A stretch of DNA of 64,000 nt from positions 1,920,001 to 1,984,000 of the forward strand of contig CAVSGO010000007.1 in the NCBI GenBank assembly GCA_963727525.1. The letters run 5' to 3'. The position numbers and the translations under genes are program-made. The notes below the pieces were generated by a model. That model saw only the letters and a list, made by a program, of their open reading frames with translations. It had not been told where the DNA came from and ran no database searches. This stretch comes from an uncultured bacterium (GTDB lineage Bacteria; Krumholzibacteriota; Krumholzibacteriia; LZORAL124-64-63). This document shows, in pieces, positions 1-9,447 of this stretch. Every line of letters begins with the position of its first letter. Position 1 is the stretch's first letter.

Positions 1-2848
1 TGTCCGCCAGAGCGATCAATCGCGAGCCCAGCGGGATCGCCTCGCCCGCCAGGCCGCTGGGATAGCCGCGGCCGTCGTAGTGCTCGTGGTGGTGAAGGAT
101 CATCTGCCGCACCTTGGACGGCGGCCGCAGCGGCGCCAGAGTCACGAGGCTCGCCTGCACATGGCGTTCGAGCTGGGAACGCTCGTCTCCGGTGAGCTCA
201 CCTTCCTTGTTCAGCAGGTACGGCGGCACGCAACCCATGCCGGCGTCGTAATACTGCAGCGAGAACGCGAGGTGGCGGAGCTCCTCCTCCGACAGATCGA
301 GTCGGCGCGCCGTGGCGAGGCAGGTCTCGCGGCACACGGCGGCCACGTCGGTATGGTGCAGGCAACCCACCGACGTGGTGGTGCGCAGGGCTTCCTGGAT
401 CGCGGCGAACTCGCGCGAGGTATCGGTATGCGCATCGAAGCGTTCGAGCAGGTAAGCCAGACGCGGCGCCATGGCCTCGAGAAAGACGCGATCGTCGTCG
501 TCGAGAGGACGACCGTCGAGGCGGTTGTTCACCATGACCACGCCTATGACCTGATCGTCATGCTTCAGCGGCACCACGAGCAAGGAATTCGTGGTGTAGC
601 GGCCTCGCTCGCCCATCTCCGGCAGCACCGGGTCGGCCTTCACGTCCGCGACCAGCAAGGTGCGGCCGCTCACCCACACACGGCCGGCGTAGCCTGCCCC
701 TCGCCGCAGCCGCGTGCTCTGGACCACGGCTTCCGGCAATCCGAGGGCGGCGCGAATGATCAGATGCTCACAGCCAGCGTCGGGCGTCATCAGCGACACC
801 AGCTCCACGCCGACGTTCTCGCCGATCCAGTGCAGCAGGCGCTGCAGGAACTGCCGTGGATCCGCGAAGTCGGCGCTCACCGCCAGCGGCGTCGCCGGCA
901 CCACCACCGGAGTTCGCCGCGGCAGCAGCACCGTGAACCGCGTCCCGCACGGCGGAATGTTCTCCGCCCAGATGCGGCCGTCGTGGTAGCTCACGATGTC
1001 TTGGCAGATAGCCAGACCCACGCCCTGCCCGTTGTGCTCCCGGGTAGCGGTGTCGTCCACCTGGTAGAACTGCTCGAAGATCGCGTGCAGATGCTCCTCG
1101 GGAATTCCGATGCCGGTATCCGTCACCTCGATACGCACCGCCGTACCCTGCTCGCTCAGATGAAGGCGCGCCTGACCGCCGTCGGGAGTGAACTTGAGCG
1201 CGTTGCCCACGAGGTGCTGCAGGAGCTGCTGGCAAAGCACCGCGTCGACCTCGAGGTCGATCGATTCGGCGGTGGCGCCGATCGCGAAGTCGATTCCCTT
1301 GTTCCGCGCCTGCTCGTGCCAGCTCTCACTGAGCCGGCGCGCCAGCGCGACGATATCGGTATGCACGCGCTGGAGACGTGCCTGGCCGTCCTCCATCCGA
1401 TCGAGCTGCAAAAGATCGTCGATGATGGCCGACAGTCGTTCGCCCTCCTTGGTGACGATGTCGAGGAACTCTTCACGCGTCGCGGCCGGCAGCGTATCGC
1501 CCTTGCGCCGCAGCATCTCCGTGTAGGCGAGCATCGACGTGAGCGGCGTGCGCAGCTCATGGCTGACGTTGGCGAGGAAGTTGCTCTTCATGTCGCCGAG
1601 ACTCTTGAGCTTCTCCGACACCTGCGCCAGCTCAGCGTTGTTGCGGGCCAGCCGATCGTGCGCTTCGGCCGACTCGAGCGCGTTGGTCGCGAAACGCGCC
1701 AGGAACTCGAGATGCCGCACGCAGACCAGATCAGGCAGCTTCCCGCTCGCGGGCGCCCAGGCCTCGAAGAATCCATGCACGTCGCCCGAGATCGCCACGA
1801 GCGGCACGATGAGGCGCAGGCCGGACGGCCAACCCTCGTGGGCGATCGGCGGCACGCTCGGGCCGTCGTCCTCCCACTGAGGCACGGCCTGCGGATCCAC
1901 GAGAAAACTGTTCGACACTCGATTCGGCGCGGTTGCGAAGCGGAGATACTCGTCGTAGGACACCTGCGAGCTGGCGATGAACGCTTTGGCGGCGTCGTCG
2001 ATACCGACGAACGCCCGCGCCTCGAAGGCCTGGGTCGACGGCGAATAGATGTGCAGCGCCACCTTCTGGAGCCCGAAGATCTCCTGCACGTGCTCGACGA
2101 TGCTCCGCTGCAGCTCCGCGACGATGCGCAGGGACCCGAAATCGATGGCCCCGAGCAGCACCCGCTCCAGGGTGTGATTGCGCGCCACCACCTGATCGTT
2201 GCGGATGCGCTCGTGCTTCATCGCCGCGGCGGCCTCGCTCTGGCGCCGATCCGCCGCGGCCGCCGACTCGGCGAGACGCGTCTGCTCGGCGAGCATGGCC
2301 GCTTCGCGCCCGCGCAGCTCGGACTGCTCGCACATGAGGCGATCGACGTGCTCGGAAAGGATCAGCCCGCCCAGCGCGGCCAGCCCCAGCACGTGGCAAA
2401 CCGCCGCCACGAGGTTGCGCGCAAGCAGCGGCGCCGTCTCGGCGCCGCCGAGGAGACCACAGAACACGCCCACCAGCAGCAGCGCCAGTACCGCAACGAG
2501 CGAACCCTGGCGGCGCCGGGTTGTGATCACCTGGTTCAATGCCGAGATCGCCATGCCTACCAGGGCGAGGTCGATCACCGAGAGGCCGGCCGAGACGATC
2601 GGTTGCAACGCCACGCCGTACTCGTGCGCCAGCGCCTGCAGACTGGCCCCCACCGCCGTGATCAGGCCCAGGAACCGCAGCCGTCGCCAGGGCGACGACT
2701 GCGTCCCGGCCCAGGCGAGATGCCCCACGAAGGCGATCCAGACCCCCAGGCAGATCTGCGCCACCAGGTACACGGTATCCAGGGTGGACCCCAGAACCGG
2801 TAGGTGCGCCATCGCGCCGAAGTTGGCCAGATTCGCCAGGACGAACAT
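1..2848 (-). CDS. Membrane sensor histidine kinase with GAF-HisKA-HATPase-GAF-HD-GYP(degenerate) architecture; 3' end truncated by the window edge
   Basis: Absent from the ORF track (no stop in the window); translated by hand from ATG 2848 (GGAG RBS). N-terminal hydrophobic helices (MFVLANLANFG...), H-box NVSHELRTPLTSM, N-box GNALKFTPDGG, G1 DTGIGIP, G2 GQGVGLAIC, GAF (LLVVPLKHDDQVIGVVMVNN), then LQYYDAGMG...HHHEHYDGRGYPSGLAGEAIPLGSRLIALAD. Confidence 0.88.
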   Translation of the reverse strand, partial: MFVLANLANFGAMAHLPVLGSTLDTVYLVAQICLGVWIAFVGHLAWAGTQSSPWRRLRFLGLITAVGASLQALAHEYGVALQPIVSAGLSVIDLALVGMAISALNQVITTRRRQGSLVAVLALLLVGVFCGLLGGAETAPLLARNLVAAVCHVLGLAALGGLILSEHVDRLMCEQSELRGREAAMLAEQTRLAESAAAADRRQSEAAAAMKHERIRNDQVVARNHTLERVLLGAIDFGSLRIVAELQRSIVEHVQEIFGLQKVALHIYSPSTQAFEARAFVGIDDAAKAFIASSQVSYDEYLRFATAPNRVSNSFLVDPQAVPQWEDDGPSVPPIAHEGWPSGLRLIVPLVAISGDVHGFFEAWAPASGKLPDLVCVRHLEFLARFATNALESAEAHDRLARNNAELAQVSEKLKSLGDMKSNFLANVSHELRTPLTSMLAYTEMLRRKGDTLPAATREEFLDIVTKEGERLSAIIDDLLQLDRMEDGQARLQRVHTDIVALARRLSESWHEQARNKGIDFAIGATAESIDLEVDAVLCQQLLQHLVGNALKFTPDGGQARLHLSEQGTAVRIEVTDTGIGIPEEHLHAIFEQFYQVDDTATREHNGQGVGLAICQDIVSYHDGRIWAENIPPCGTRFTVLLPRRTPVVVPATPLAVSADFADPRQFLQRLLHWIGENVGVELVSLMTPDAGCEHLIIRAALGLPEAVVQSTRLRRGAGYAGRVWVSGRTLLVADVKADPVLPEMGERGRYTTNSLLVVPLKHDDQVIGVVMVNNRLDGRPLDDDDRVFLEAMAPRLAYLLERFDAHTDTSREFAAIQEALRTTTSVGCLHHTDVAAVCRETCLATARRLDLSEEELRHLAFSLQYYDAGMGCVPPYLLNKEGELTGDERSQLERHVQASLVTLAPLRPPSKVRQMILHHHEHYDGRGYPSGLAGEAIPLGSRLIALAD

Positions 2849-2858
2849 GACGACTCCG

Positions 2859-3245
2859 CTAGCTCCCGAGCTGCGTCCGGGCAGCCAGCAATTCGCGCAC
2901 GCGCTCGATGAGCCGTACGACGGTGAACGGTTTGCGCATATACAGGTTGGCGCCCGCCTCGCTCATGGCGCGGCGCGTAGGCTCGTCGGTGCGGGCCGAG
3001 AGGGCGATGATGATCGTGTCCGCGTAGGTGCGGTTGCGCCGGATCAGACGCACCGTCTCCACGCCGTCCAGACGCGGCATCATGATATCCATGATCACCA
3101 CGTCGGGGCGCAGATTACTCAGCTTGTTCATGCAGTCCATACCGTCGACGGCGCGCGACACGAGGAAGCCCTCCTCGCGGAACGTCTGCTCGAGCAGCAT
3201 CGAGATGGGGGCCTCATCGTCGACGATGAGGATGCGCTCGCCCAT
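2859..3245 (-). CDS. Single-domain response regulator (CheY-like receiver)
   Basis: ILIVDDE, PDVVIMDIMMP, ALSA and YMRKPF receiver motifs. Confidence 0.93.
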   Translation of the reverse strand: MGERILIVDDEAPISMLLEQTFREEGFLVSRAVDGMDCMNKLSNLRPDVVIMDIMMPRLDGVETVRLIRRNRTYADTIIIALSARTDEPTRRAMSEAGANLYMRKPFTVVRLIERVRELLAARTQLGS

Positions 3246-3248
3246 GGC

Positions 3249-5660
3249 CTAGTCCTTTCCCCGGCTCGTCACCGGATCGCTCGTAGGCGCTGCCACGAGT
3301 CCCTCGGCACGCAGCACGTCGCAGAAAGCCGCCACCACGACCGGATCGAACTGGGTGCCGGCCTGCCGCTGGATCTCGGTAATGACGTCGGACAACGGCC
3401 GCCGGTCGCGCCACGGTCGCTGCGAGATCATTGCGAAGAATGCGTCGACGACGGCGAGGATGCGCGCGCCCAGCGGGATGTCGCCGCCGGCGCGCCCCTC
3501 CGGATAGCCGGTGCCGTCCACGCGCTCGTGGTGATGCAGGATGACGTCGCGCAACTCGGGCACGGCCACCAGAGGACCGAGCACGTCGAGTCCACGCCGC
3601 GGATGCCGGCCCACCTCGTCGCGCTCGTCGTGGCTGAGATTGCCGGACTTCATCGTGATCGTGTGATCGACATCGGCCATGCCGACGTCGTGCAGGGCCA
3701 CGGCATACTGCAGGTGACGGATCTCGCCGCCTCCCATTCCGAGGGCATACGCCGTACGCGTGAGCAGGCGCATCGCGAACGGATCGGCCGTGGGCACGCC
3801 GCTGCGTCGCAGGTTTCCGAGCACCCGCAGCGCCTCGCCGACGGCGGCCGGGCTCGTCGACGTCTCGCAGGATCGTTCCACCGCGGTCAGCGCTGCCCCG
3901 AGGGCCTCGCCCACCACGCGCAGCATCACGGCCTCGTCGTCGCTGAACGTGTGCGCACCCGCGCGCCGCGCGGCCAGCACGATGCCCAGCGTCTCGCCTC
4001 CGGAGACGAGAGGCGCGGCCAGCCAGCCCGTATCGTCAGGTGCCGGTGGCAACGTGGGCCACGGCACGGCCTTGCCGCCCGGTGCCTCGTGCACAACCTC
4101 GCCCGTGGTCATCACGTGGGCGAGCCGGCCGTCGGGATCGGGCAGCACCATGCCCGGCCGCACGCGTGGCAGCCCTTGCGATGCCCGGGGCGCCAGCGCG
4201 CCACCCTCGCCCGTGCGCATGCAGATGGCCGTGGCGCGGCCATCGGTGAGTTCGGCCGCCAGGCGCAGCCCATAGGCGTGGATCGCGCGAAGCTGGGAAG
4301 GGTCGACGCCCGCAGCAGCGAAACGGTCGGGACGGTTGGAGTGGTGCTGCACCTTCGGCAGCAGCACGGTGAAAACGCTGCCCCTGCCGGGACGGCTACG
4401 GACGTCGATGAAGCCGTCGTGCAGGTCGACGATGTCCTTCACGATGCTCAGGCCCAGCCCGCTGCCCGGTACGCTGGCGGCCGACTGGGTGCGGTAGAAG
4501 CTCTGGAAGATGGCGCGCAGCTCGCCCGGAGGGATGCCGGGCCCGCTGTCCGTCACCGAGATGCGCATGAGCGCCGCATCCTCGCGCGCGGCGATCGCGA
4601 TGCGACCACCGTCGGGCGTGAACTTGATGGCGTTGCCCACCAGGTTGATGAACACCTGGCGCAGCAGATCAGGATCTCCCGCCACCGCCGGCAACCCGGC
4701 TGCCAGCCGGCAGGACAGGTGCTGATCCCGAACCGTCGTCTGCGGCGCGAGGGCGCGCAACGTGTCCTGCAGGAGCGCGCCGACATGGCACGGGCGGCGC
4801 TTGAGCAGCGGACGCGAGCGGTCGCGGTGCGAGAAGTCGAGGAGACGGTCGACCATGCGCAGTAAGCGATCGGCCTCGGTGCGCAGCACGGCGAGGAATT
4901 CCTCGCCGTGCTGGAACGACGGGTCGTCGATGCTCGTGGCAAGCACATCGGTGTACGCCATGATCGATGTCAGCGGCGTCTTCAGCTCGTGCGCCGCCAC
5001 CGCGGCCAGACGGCCCCGCAGGCGTTCGATGCGCGTGAGGGCCTCGGCCTCGGCCCGCGCCGCGGTGAGGAGCGACGTGGTTTCCGCCTGCAGGCGTCGG
5101 AAACCCAGCAGCGGCGCCAGCAACTCTCCCACAGTCGCCAGAGCGGCTCCAAGTTGGCGAGCGAGCGCCGCGTCCTGACCGTGAGGCTCGTCGAGGCCGA
5201 GCAAGATGATTTGCTCGATGCTCTCCGGGTCAGGATAGCCGGCGGCGAACCAGCCCCCGCAGCCGCGCGAGAGGTCGGAGGGGAGTCCCCAGGCGATGAT
5301 GTCGGACCCGCGCCCGCACACCTGGCGCTCCGGCGAAGCCTGCAGCCGCTGCCAGAGATCGCCCGCCGCGTTCGGCGGCGTGACCCACTGCGCACGCGCG
5401 TCCGGGCGTTGCCAGACCACGCAGGACGTCGGCGCGTCGATCGGGTAGAGCGCCTGCGCCGCGGTGCCCCGGCTCAGCAAGAGAGAGAAGCTCACCCCGG
5501 GGGTGTCGGACCATACCCGCGCCAGTTCCTCGCGCAGGATCCGCCACGCCGCCGGATCGCCCCAGCCGCCGCGCAGACGATGGCGCGCGCGATCACAGGC
5601 GAGACGGCCGGGATCGGTGGTATGGTCGCCTTCATGGCGATCAAGGGTGCGGGTCATCAT
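3249..5660 (-). CDS. Histidine kinase-GAF-HD-GYP fusion protein (start uncertain, 5660 or 5687)
   Basis: H-box AHELKTPLTSIM, GNAIKFTPDGG, DSGPGIP, GSGLGLSIV; GAF (WLAAPLVSGGETLGIV); ALHDVGM...HHHERVDGTGYPEG...VVDAFFAMISQRPWR. Confidence 0.9.
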   Translation of the reverse strand: MMTRTLDRHEGDHTTDPGRLACDRARHRLRGGWGDPAAWRILREELARVWSDTPGVSFSLLLSRGTAAQALYPIDAPTSCVVWQRPDARAQWVTPPNAAGDLWQRLQASPERQVCGRGSDIIAWGLPSDLSRGCGGWFAAGYPDPESIEQIILLGLDEPHGQDAALARQLGAALATVGELLAPLLGFRRLQAETTSLLTAARAEAEALTRIERLRGRLAAVAAHELKTPLTSIMAYTDVLATSIDDPSFQHGEEFLAVLRTEADRLLRMVDRLLDFSHRDRSRPLLKRRPCHVGALLQDTLRALAPQTTVRDQHLSCRLAAGLPAVAGDPDLLRQVFINLVGNAIKFTPDGGRIAIAAREDAALMRISVTDSGPGIPPGELRAIFQSFYRTQSAASVPGSGLGLSIVKDIVDLHDGFIDVRSRPGRGSVFTVLLPKVQHHSNRPDRFAAAGVDPSQLRAIHAYGLRLAAELTDGRATAICMRTGEGGALAPRASQGLPRVRPGMVLPDPDGRLAHVMTTGEVVHEAPGGKAVPWPTLPPAPDDTGWLAAPLVSGGETLGIVLAARRAGAHTFSDDEAVMLRVVGEALGAALTAVERSCETSTSPAAVGEALRVLGNLRRSGVPTADPFAMRLLTRTAYALGMGGGEIRHLQYAVALHDVGMADVDHTITMKSGNLSHDERDEVGRHPRRGLDVLGPLVAVPELRDVILHHHERVDGTGYPEGRAGGDIPLGARILAVVDAFFAMISQRPWRDRRPLSDVITEIQRQAGTQFDPVVVAAFCDVLRAEGLVAAPTSDPVTSRGKD

Positions 5661-6681
5661 CACCCTCCGGCCGGGGTGGATTCTCACTCGTCGCCACGCC
5701 GGTACCCAGGAGTTGCGGAGGCTCGTTGGTGGTGCGGCGTTCCTTCACCACCACGCTGCCGTCCATGGACTTGCCGTAACGCTTGAGCTCGGCCAGGGTG
5801 TCGCTCAGAGCGGCCTGGTGCGCGAAACGCCCATGCGCGTCGGTGATGAGGGACACGGTGAGCGTGATCAGCGGCACCTGTTCCATCCCGCCTGCGCGGT
5901 TGGTGGCCTCCAGGTAGCCGTTCTCCTGATCGCGCGGATCGTGGAGGCCCGGCACCCGGGCGTCGAAATCGCGGATGATGCGCAACGCTAGCGACTCGGC
6001 GCACTCGCTGTCGCAGGTCATGACGAAGTCGTCGCCACCCACATGGCCGATGAAGACGTTGCGGTCGCGCGCGTCGCGCGCGGCGCTACAGAGCACGTGC
6101 GCCAGCATGGAGATGGCCTGGTCGCCGCGCGAATAGCCATAGTGGTCGTTGAAGCTCTTGAAGCGATCGATATCGAGGTACATGATCGCGAAGGCTTTAC
6201 CGGCATCGATACGCCGCTGGGCCTCGCGGGCGATCGCCAGGTTGCCCGGCAGCCCGGTGAGCGGGTTGGCCTCGCGCTGCGCGCGCACGCTCTCCAGCAT
6301 GTTGTGCATACGCAGCAGCAGTTCTTCCTGATTGAAGGGCTTGGTGACGTAGTCGTTGGCGCCCCCGCGCAGCCCCTCCACCTTCTCGCGGCTGGTGCCC
6401 TTGGCGGTGAGCATGATCACCGGCACGCGGGCCGTTTCCAGGCTGGCCCGGATGCTCCGCAGGACAGAAAATCCATCCATACGTGGCATCATGACATCCA
6501 GGAGCACCAGATCGGGCGAAACGCGATCCAGGGCGTCCAGCGCCTCCTGGCCGTCTGCAGCCATGATGACCCGGTACCCCTCCTGCTCCAGCAAGTACTG
6601 GAGAATACGGCGGATATGTGGTTCGTCGTCGGCCACCAGGATGGTCTCGCGCTCCACCGTCACCTCGGCCTCCTGCGGCAT
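5641..6681 (-). CDS. Response regulator-diguanylate cyclase (REC-GGDEF, GGDDF variant); start ATG 6681 or GTG 6657
   Basis: ILVADDE/LLDVMMP/KPF receiver; NPLTGLPGN, LDIDRFKSFNDHYGYSRGD, GHVGGDDF. Confidence 0.92.
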   Translation of the reverse strand: MPQEAEVTVERETILVADDEPHIRRILQYLLEQEGYRVIMAADGQEALDALDRVSPDLVLLDVMMPRMDGFSVLRSIRASLETARVPVIMLTAKGTSREKVEGLRGGANDYVTKPFNQEELLLRMHNMLESVRAQREANPLTGLPGNLAIAREAQRRIDAGKAFAIMYLDIDRFKSFNDHYGYSRGDQAISMLAHVLCSAARDARDRNVFIGHVGGDDFVMTCDSECAESLALRIIRDFDARVPGLHDPRDQENGYLEATNRAGGMEQVPLITLTVSLITDAHGRFAHQAALSDTLAELKRYGKSMDGSVVVKERRTTNEPPQLLGTGVATSENPPRPEGDDDPHP

Positions 6682-6729
6682 GCAATATGAATGACCAGCG
6701 CCGGTCGAAGGCGCGTTCCCCGGTCGGCA

Positions 6730-6745
6730 AGCAAGGCTCGTGCCC
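6730..6745 (-). promoter_or_regulatory. Putative sigma54 -24/-12 promoter of the c-di-GMP operon
   Basis: Minus strand GGGCACGAGCCTTGCT versus consensus TGGCACG-N4-TTGC, with GG-N10-GC spacing, about 50 bp upstream of the start. Confidence 0.6.
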
Positions 6746-6811
6746 TGCGCGCCCCGGTGAGGCATGTCCAGTCAGGAGGAGAAACATCAAGAAACAGGCG
6801 AGCTTAGACCT

Positions 6812-7822
6812 TCAGCGCCACGACGCCAGGGGCGCCCGCGCGAAGCTGTCGAGATCGAGGCCATCGTGCCGGCCGGCATGCAGGTGACAGAAGCCGGCGT
6901 AGGCGATCATCGCCGCGTTGTCGGTGCAGTACTCCCGCTCCGGGGGCACGAAGTGCAGACGCCGCCGCCCGGCCTCCTCGGCCACCCGCTCGCGCAGGTC
7001 GGCGTTGGCCGCCACGCCGCCGGCCAGGTAGACGGCGCGCACGCCGTGCTGATTCGCGGCCTGGAAGAGCCGGTGGGTGAGCACGTCGACGATCGCGTCC
7101 TGGACGGCGCGGCACACGTCGGCCACGTCTTGATCGGAGAACGGTCTCGGCAGCGACTCCACCGTGAGACGTACCGCCGTCTTCAGACCACTGAAGCTGA
7201 AGATGAGCCGCCGATCCTTCAGCAGGGGGCGCGGCAGGTCGAAGCGTCGCGGATCCCCGTCGCGGGCGAGGCGGTCCACGTGCGGCCCCCCGGGATAGGG
7301 CAGACCGAGAAGCTTGGCGCTCTTGTCGAAAGCCTCACCCGCCGCATCGTCGAGGGTGCCCCCCAGCCGCTCGTAACGCCCGATCTCGCGCACCAGCACC
7401 AGCTCAGTGTGGCCGCCGGAGACCACGAGCACCACGGCCGGCAGCACGAGATCGGCGGAAAGGGCGTTGGCCAGGATGTGGCCCTCGATGTGGTGCACGC
7501 CTACGAGGGGCCGCTCGGCCGCGCGCGCAAGCGCCTTGGCCGTGGACAGCCCCACGAGCAGAGCACCGATGAGGCCGGGGCCGGCCGTGACGGCGATGCC
7601 GTCGAGGTCGCTCAGCGCGATTTCACGACGCTTGAGCAGCAGGTCGACCAGCGGCAGCAGGTTTACCAGGTGCGCGCGCGAGGCCAGCTCCGGCACCACG
7701 CCGCCGAAGACATCGTGCAGGTCCACCTGCGACGACACCAGGTTTTCCGCCACGCCCGCGGTGCTGTCGTAGAGGGCGACGCTCGTATCGTCGCAGCTCG
7801 TCTCGATGCCGAGCACCCTCAA
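6812..7822 (-). CDS. tsaD: tRNA N6-adenosine threonylcarbamoyltransferase TsaD
   Basis: VLGIETSCDDT, GGVVPELASRAH, HHIEGH, SGGHT, DDAAGEAFDK, CTDNAAMIA; TTG start after GGAGG, overlapping the nnr stop. Confidence 0.96.
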   Translation of the reverse strand: MRVLGIETSCDDTSVALYDSTAGVAENLVSSQVDLHDVFGGVVPELASRAHLVNLLPLVDLLLKRREIALSDLDGIAVTAGPGLIGALLVGLSTAKALARAAERPLVGVHHIEGHILANALSADLVLPAVVLVVSGGHTELVLVREIGRYERLGGTLDDAAGEAFDKSAKLLGLPYPGGPHVDRLARDGDPRRFDLPRPLLKDRRLIFSFSGLKTAVRLTVESLPRPFSDQDVADVCRAVQDAIVDVLTHRLFQAANQHGVRAVYLAGGVAANADLRERVAEEAGRRRLHFVPPEREYCTDNAAMIAYAGFCHLHAGRHDGLDLDSFARAPLASWR

Positions 7823-9447
7823 GACGCCACCTCCGGCGGGACCGGCGCACCGGCCGTCGGCCAGAGGCGCCGACGCAGCGCGACATCGCCCGTGGACGCG
7901 TCCTCGAGCACGGCGAGCACACCGGCCACCTCGTCGGCGATCTCGCGGGTGAGCACGCCGCGTCGTCCACGCGCGGCAGCCGCCCGCTCGCCGGCCATGC
8001 CGTGCACGAGGGCGCCGAGCAGAGCCGCCTCGCGCGCGGTCGCGCCCTGAGCGAGGAACGCGCCGATCACGCCCGTGAGCACGTCGCCGGCACCGCCGCG
8101 CGACAGTGCATCGTCGCCGAAGGGGTTCACGTGCAACGCGCCATCGGGTGTGCCGATCAGGGTAGGCGAACCTTTCAGCAGTAGCACCAGGTTCCAGCGC
8201 GCCGCCAGCTCGGGCACGAGCGAGAAGCGCCGGGCCACGACATCGGCCGGCGTGGTGCCGATGAGACGCGCCAGCTCGCCGGGATGCGGCGTGAGCACGA
8301 CCTCGCGTCCCGCCCCCGCCGGTACCTGGCCCTGGCGGGAGAAGGCGTTGAGTCCGTCGGCGTCGATCACGTGCGGCAACGTGAGATCGCGCGCGAGATC
8401 GAGCACGAAGCCGTCGGTCCGCGGATCGTCGCCCAGGCCGGGCCCGATCGCCACCGCGCGCTGGTGGGCGAGCAGATCCGACAGGGCGGGCGCGGCGACC
8501 GGCGCCAGCGTCTCGCCGCTGGTCATCGCGAGCGGCCGCAGGATCGCCTCCGGCAGGGCCACATGCAGGGGCACCTCCAGGCACGACGGCACGCCGAGCG
8601 TGAGCATGCCCACGCCCGTGCGCAGGGCGCCCAGACCCGTGAGCTGCGCGGCACCGCCATAGGCGCGCGAACCCGCCAGTACGAGCAGCGTGCCGCACTG
8701 GTTCTTGTGCGCGAATGTCGGCCGCGGCGGGAGCATGGCGAGGTACGCCTCGATCGCGGGCAGATGCCAGTTCGCCGTATGCGCCGCGCAGACCTCCGGT
8801 GCGAACCCGATGTCCACGACCTTGAGTGCGCCCACGAAGTCGCGACCCGGCGGGAGCAGCAGCCCCAGCTTGGGCAGCCCCACGGTGATCGTGCCATCGG
8901 CGCGCACGGCCACGGGATCCACGCGGCCGTCGTCGCCGCTCACGCCCGAGGGGATGTCCACCGCCAGCACGGGCACCGAGAGCTGGCCGATCGCCTCACA
9001 AAGCGCGGCGTACTCGGCCTGGAGCGGCAGGCTGACACCGGTGCCCAGGATCGCGTCGATCACGAGCCGGGCGCCATCCGCCAGATCGCGCACCTGCCGC
9101 GCCCAGTGGCCGCGCTCGCCGGGCACGACGGTCACCGCCGCCGGCAGGCGATCGTGGTTGTGACGCGCCTCCTCGCTCAGTTTGGCCGGCTCGGCCAGGA
9201 GCAGCACCGTCACCGTCTCGCCCACCTCGGCGAGCAGGCGTGCCATCACCAGTCCGTCGCCGCCGTTGTTGCCCTTGCCGCACACGACCACGATGGAGTC
9301 GCCGGGATCGCTGCCAAGCCAGCCACCGTCGAAGACCTCGGCCACCATGGCCGCCCCCGCACGTTCCATGAGCTTGAGGCCGGGCGTGCCGGCGGCGATG
9401 GTCTCGCGATCGATGGCAGCCATCTGCTGGGCGGTGGCGATACGCAT
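7819..9447 (-). CDS. nnr: Bifunctional NAD(P)H-hydrate epimerase/dehydratase (YjeF/Nnr)
   Basis: LMERAG, CGKGNNGGDG, AVDIPSG, AIGPGLG, IDADGL, LTPHPGE, GGAGDVLTG; ATG overlaps the upstream TGA. Confidence 0.94.
   Translation of the reverse strand: MRIATAQQMAAIDRETIAAGTPGLKLMERAGAAMVAEVFDGGWLGSDPGDSIVVVCGKGNNGGDGLVMARLLAEVGETVTVLLLAEPAKLSEEARHNHDRLPAAVTVVPGERGHWARQVRDLADGARLVIDAILGTGVSLPLQAEYAALCEAIGQLSVPVLAVDIPSGVSGDDGRVDPVAVRADGTITVGLPKLGLLLPPGRDFVGALKVVDIGFAPEVCAAHTANWHLPAIEAYLAMLPPRPTFAHKNQCGTLLVLAGSRAYGGAAQLTGLGALRTGVGMLTLGVPSCLEVPLHVALPEAILRPLAMTSGETLAPVAAPALSDLLAHQRAVAIGPGLGDDPRTDGFVLDLARDLTLPHVIDADGLNAFSRQGQVPAGAGREVVLTPHPGELARLIGTTPADVVARRFSLVPELAARWNLVLLLKGSPTLIGTPDGALHVNPFGDDALSRGGAGDVLTGVIGAFLAQGATAREAALLGALVHGMAGERAAAARGRRGVLTREIADEVAGVLAVLEDASTGDVALRRRLWPTAGAPVPPEVAS

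Noticed and set aside
80-4865. Long plus-strand ORFs 80..2803 and 2199..4865
   Set aside because: Antisense shadows of the kinase genes produced by high-GC codon bias; no protein motifs
5900-6200. Possible cGAMP-producing (Hypr) GGDEF
   Set aside because: The specificity position in YGYSRGD is Asp, typical of c-di-GMP cyclases
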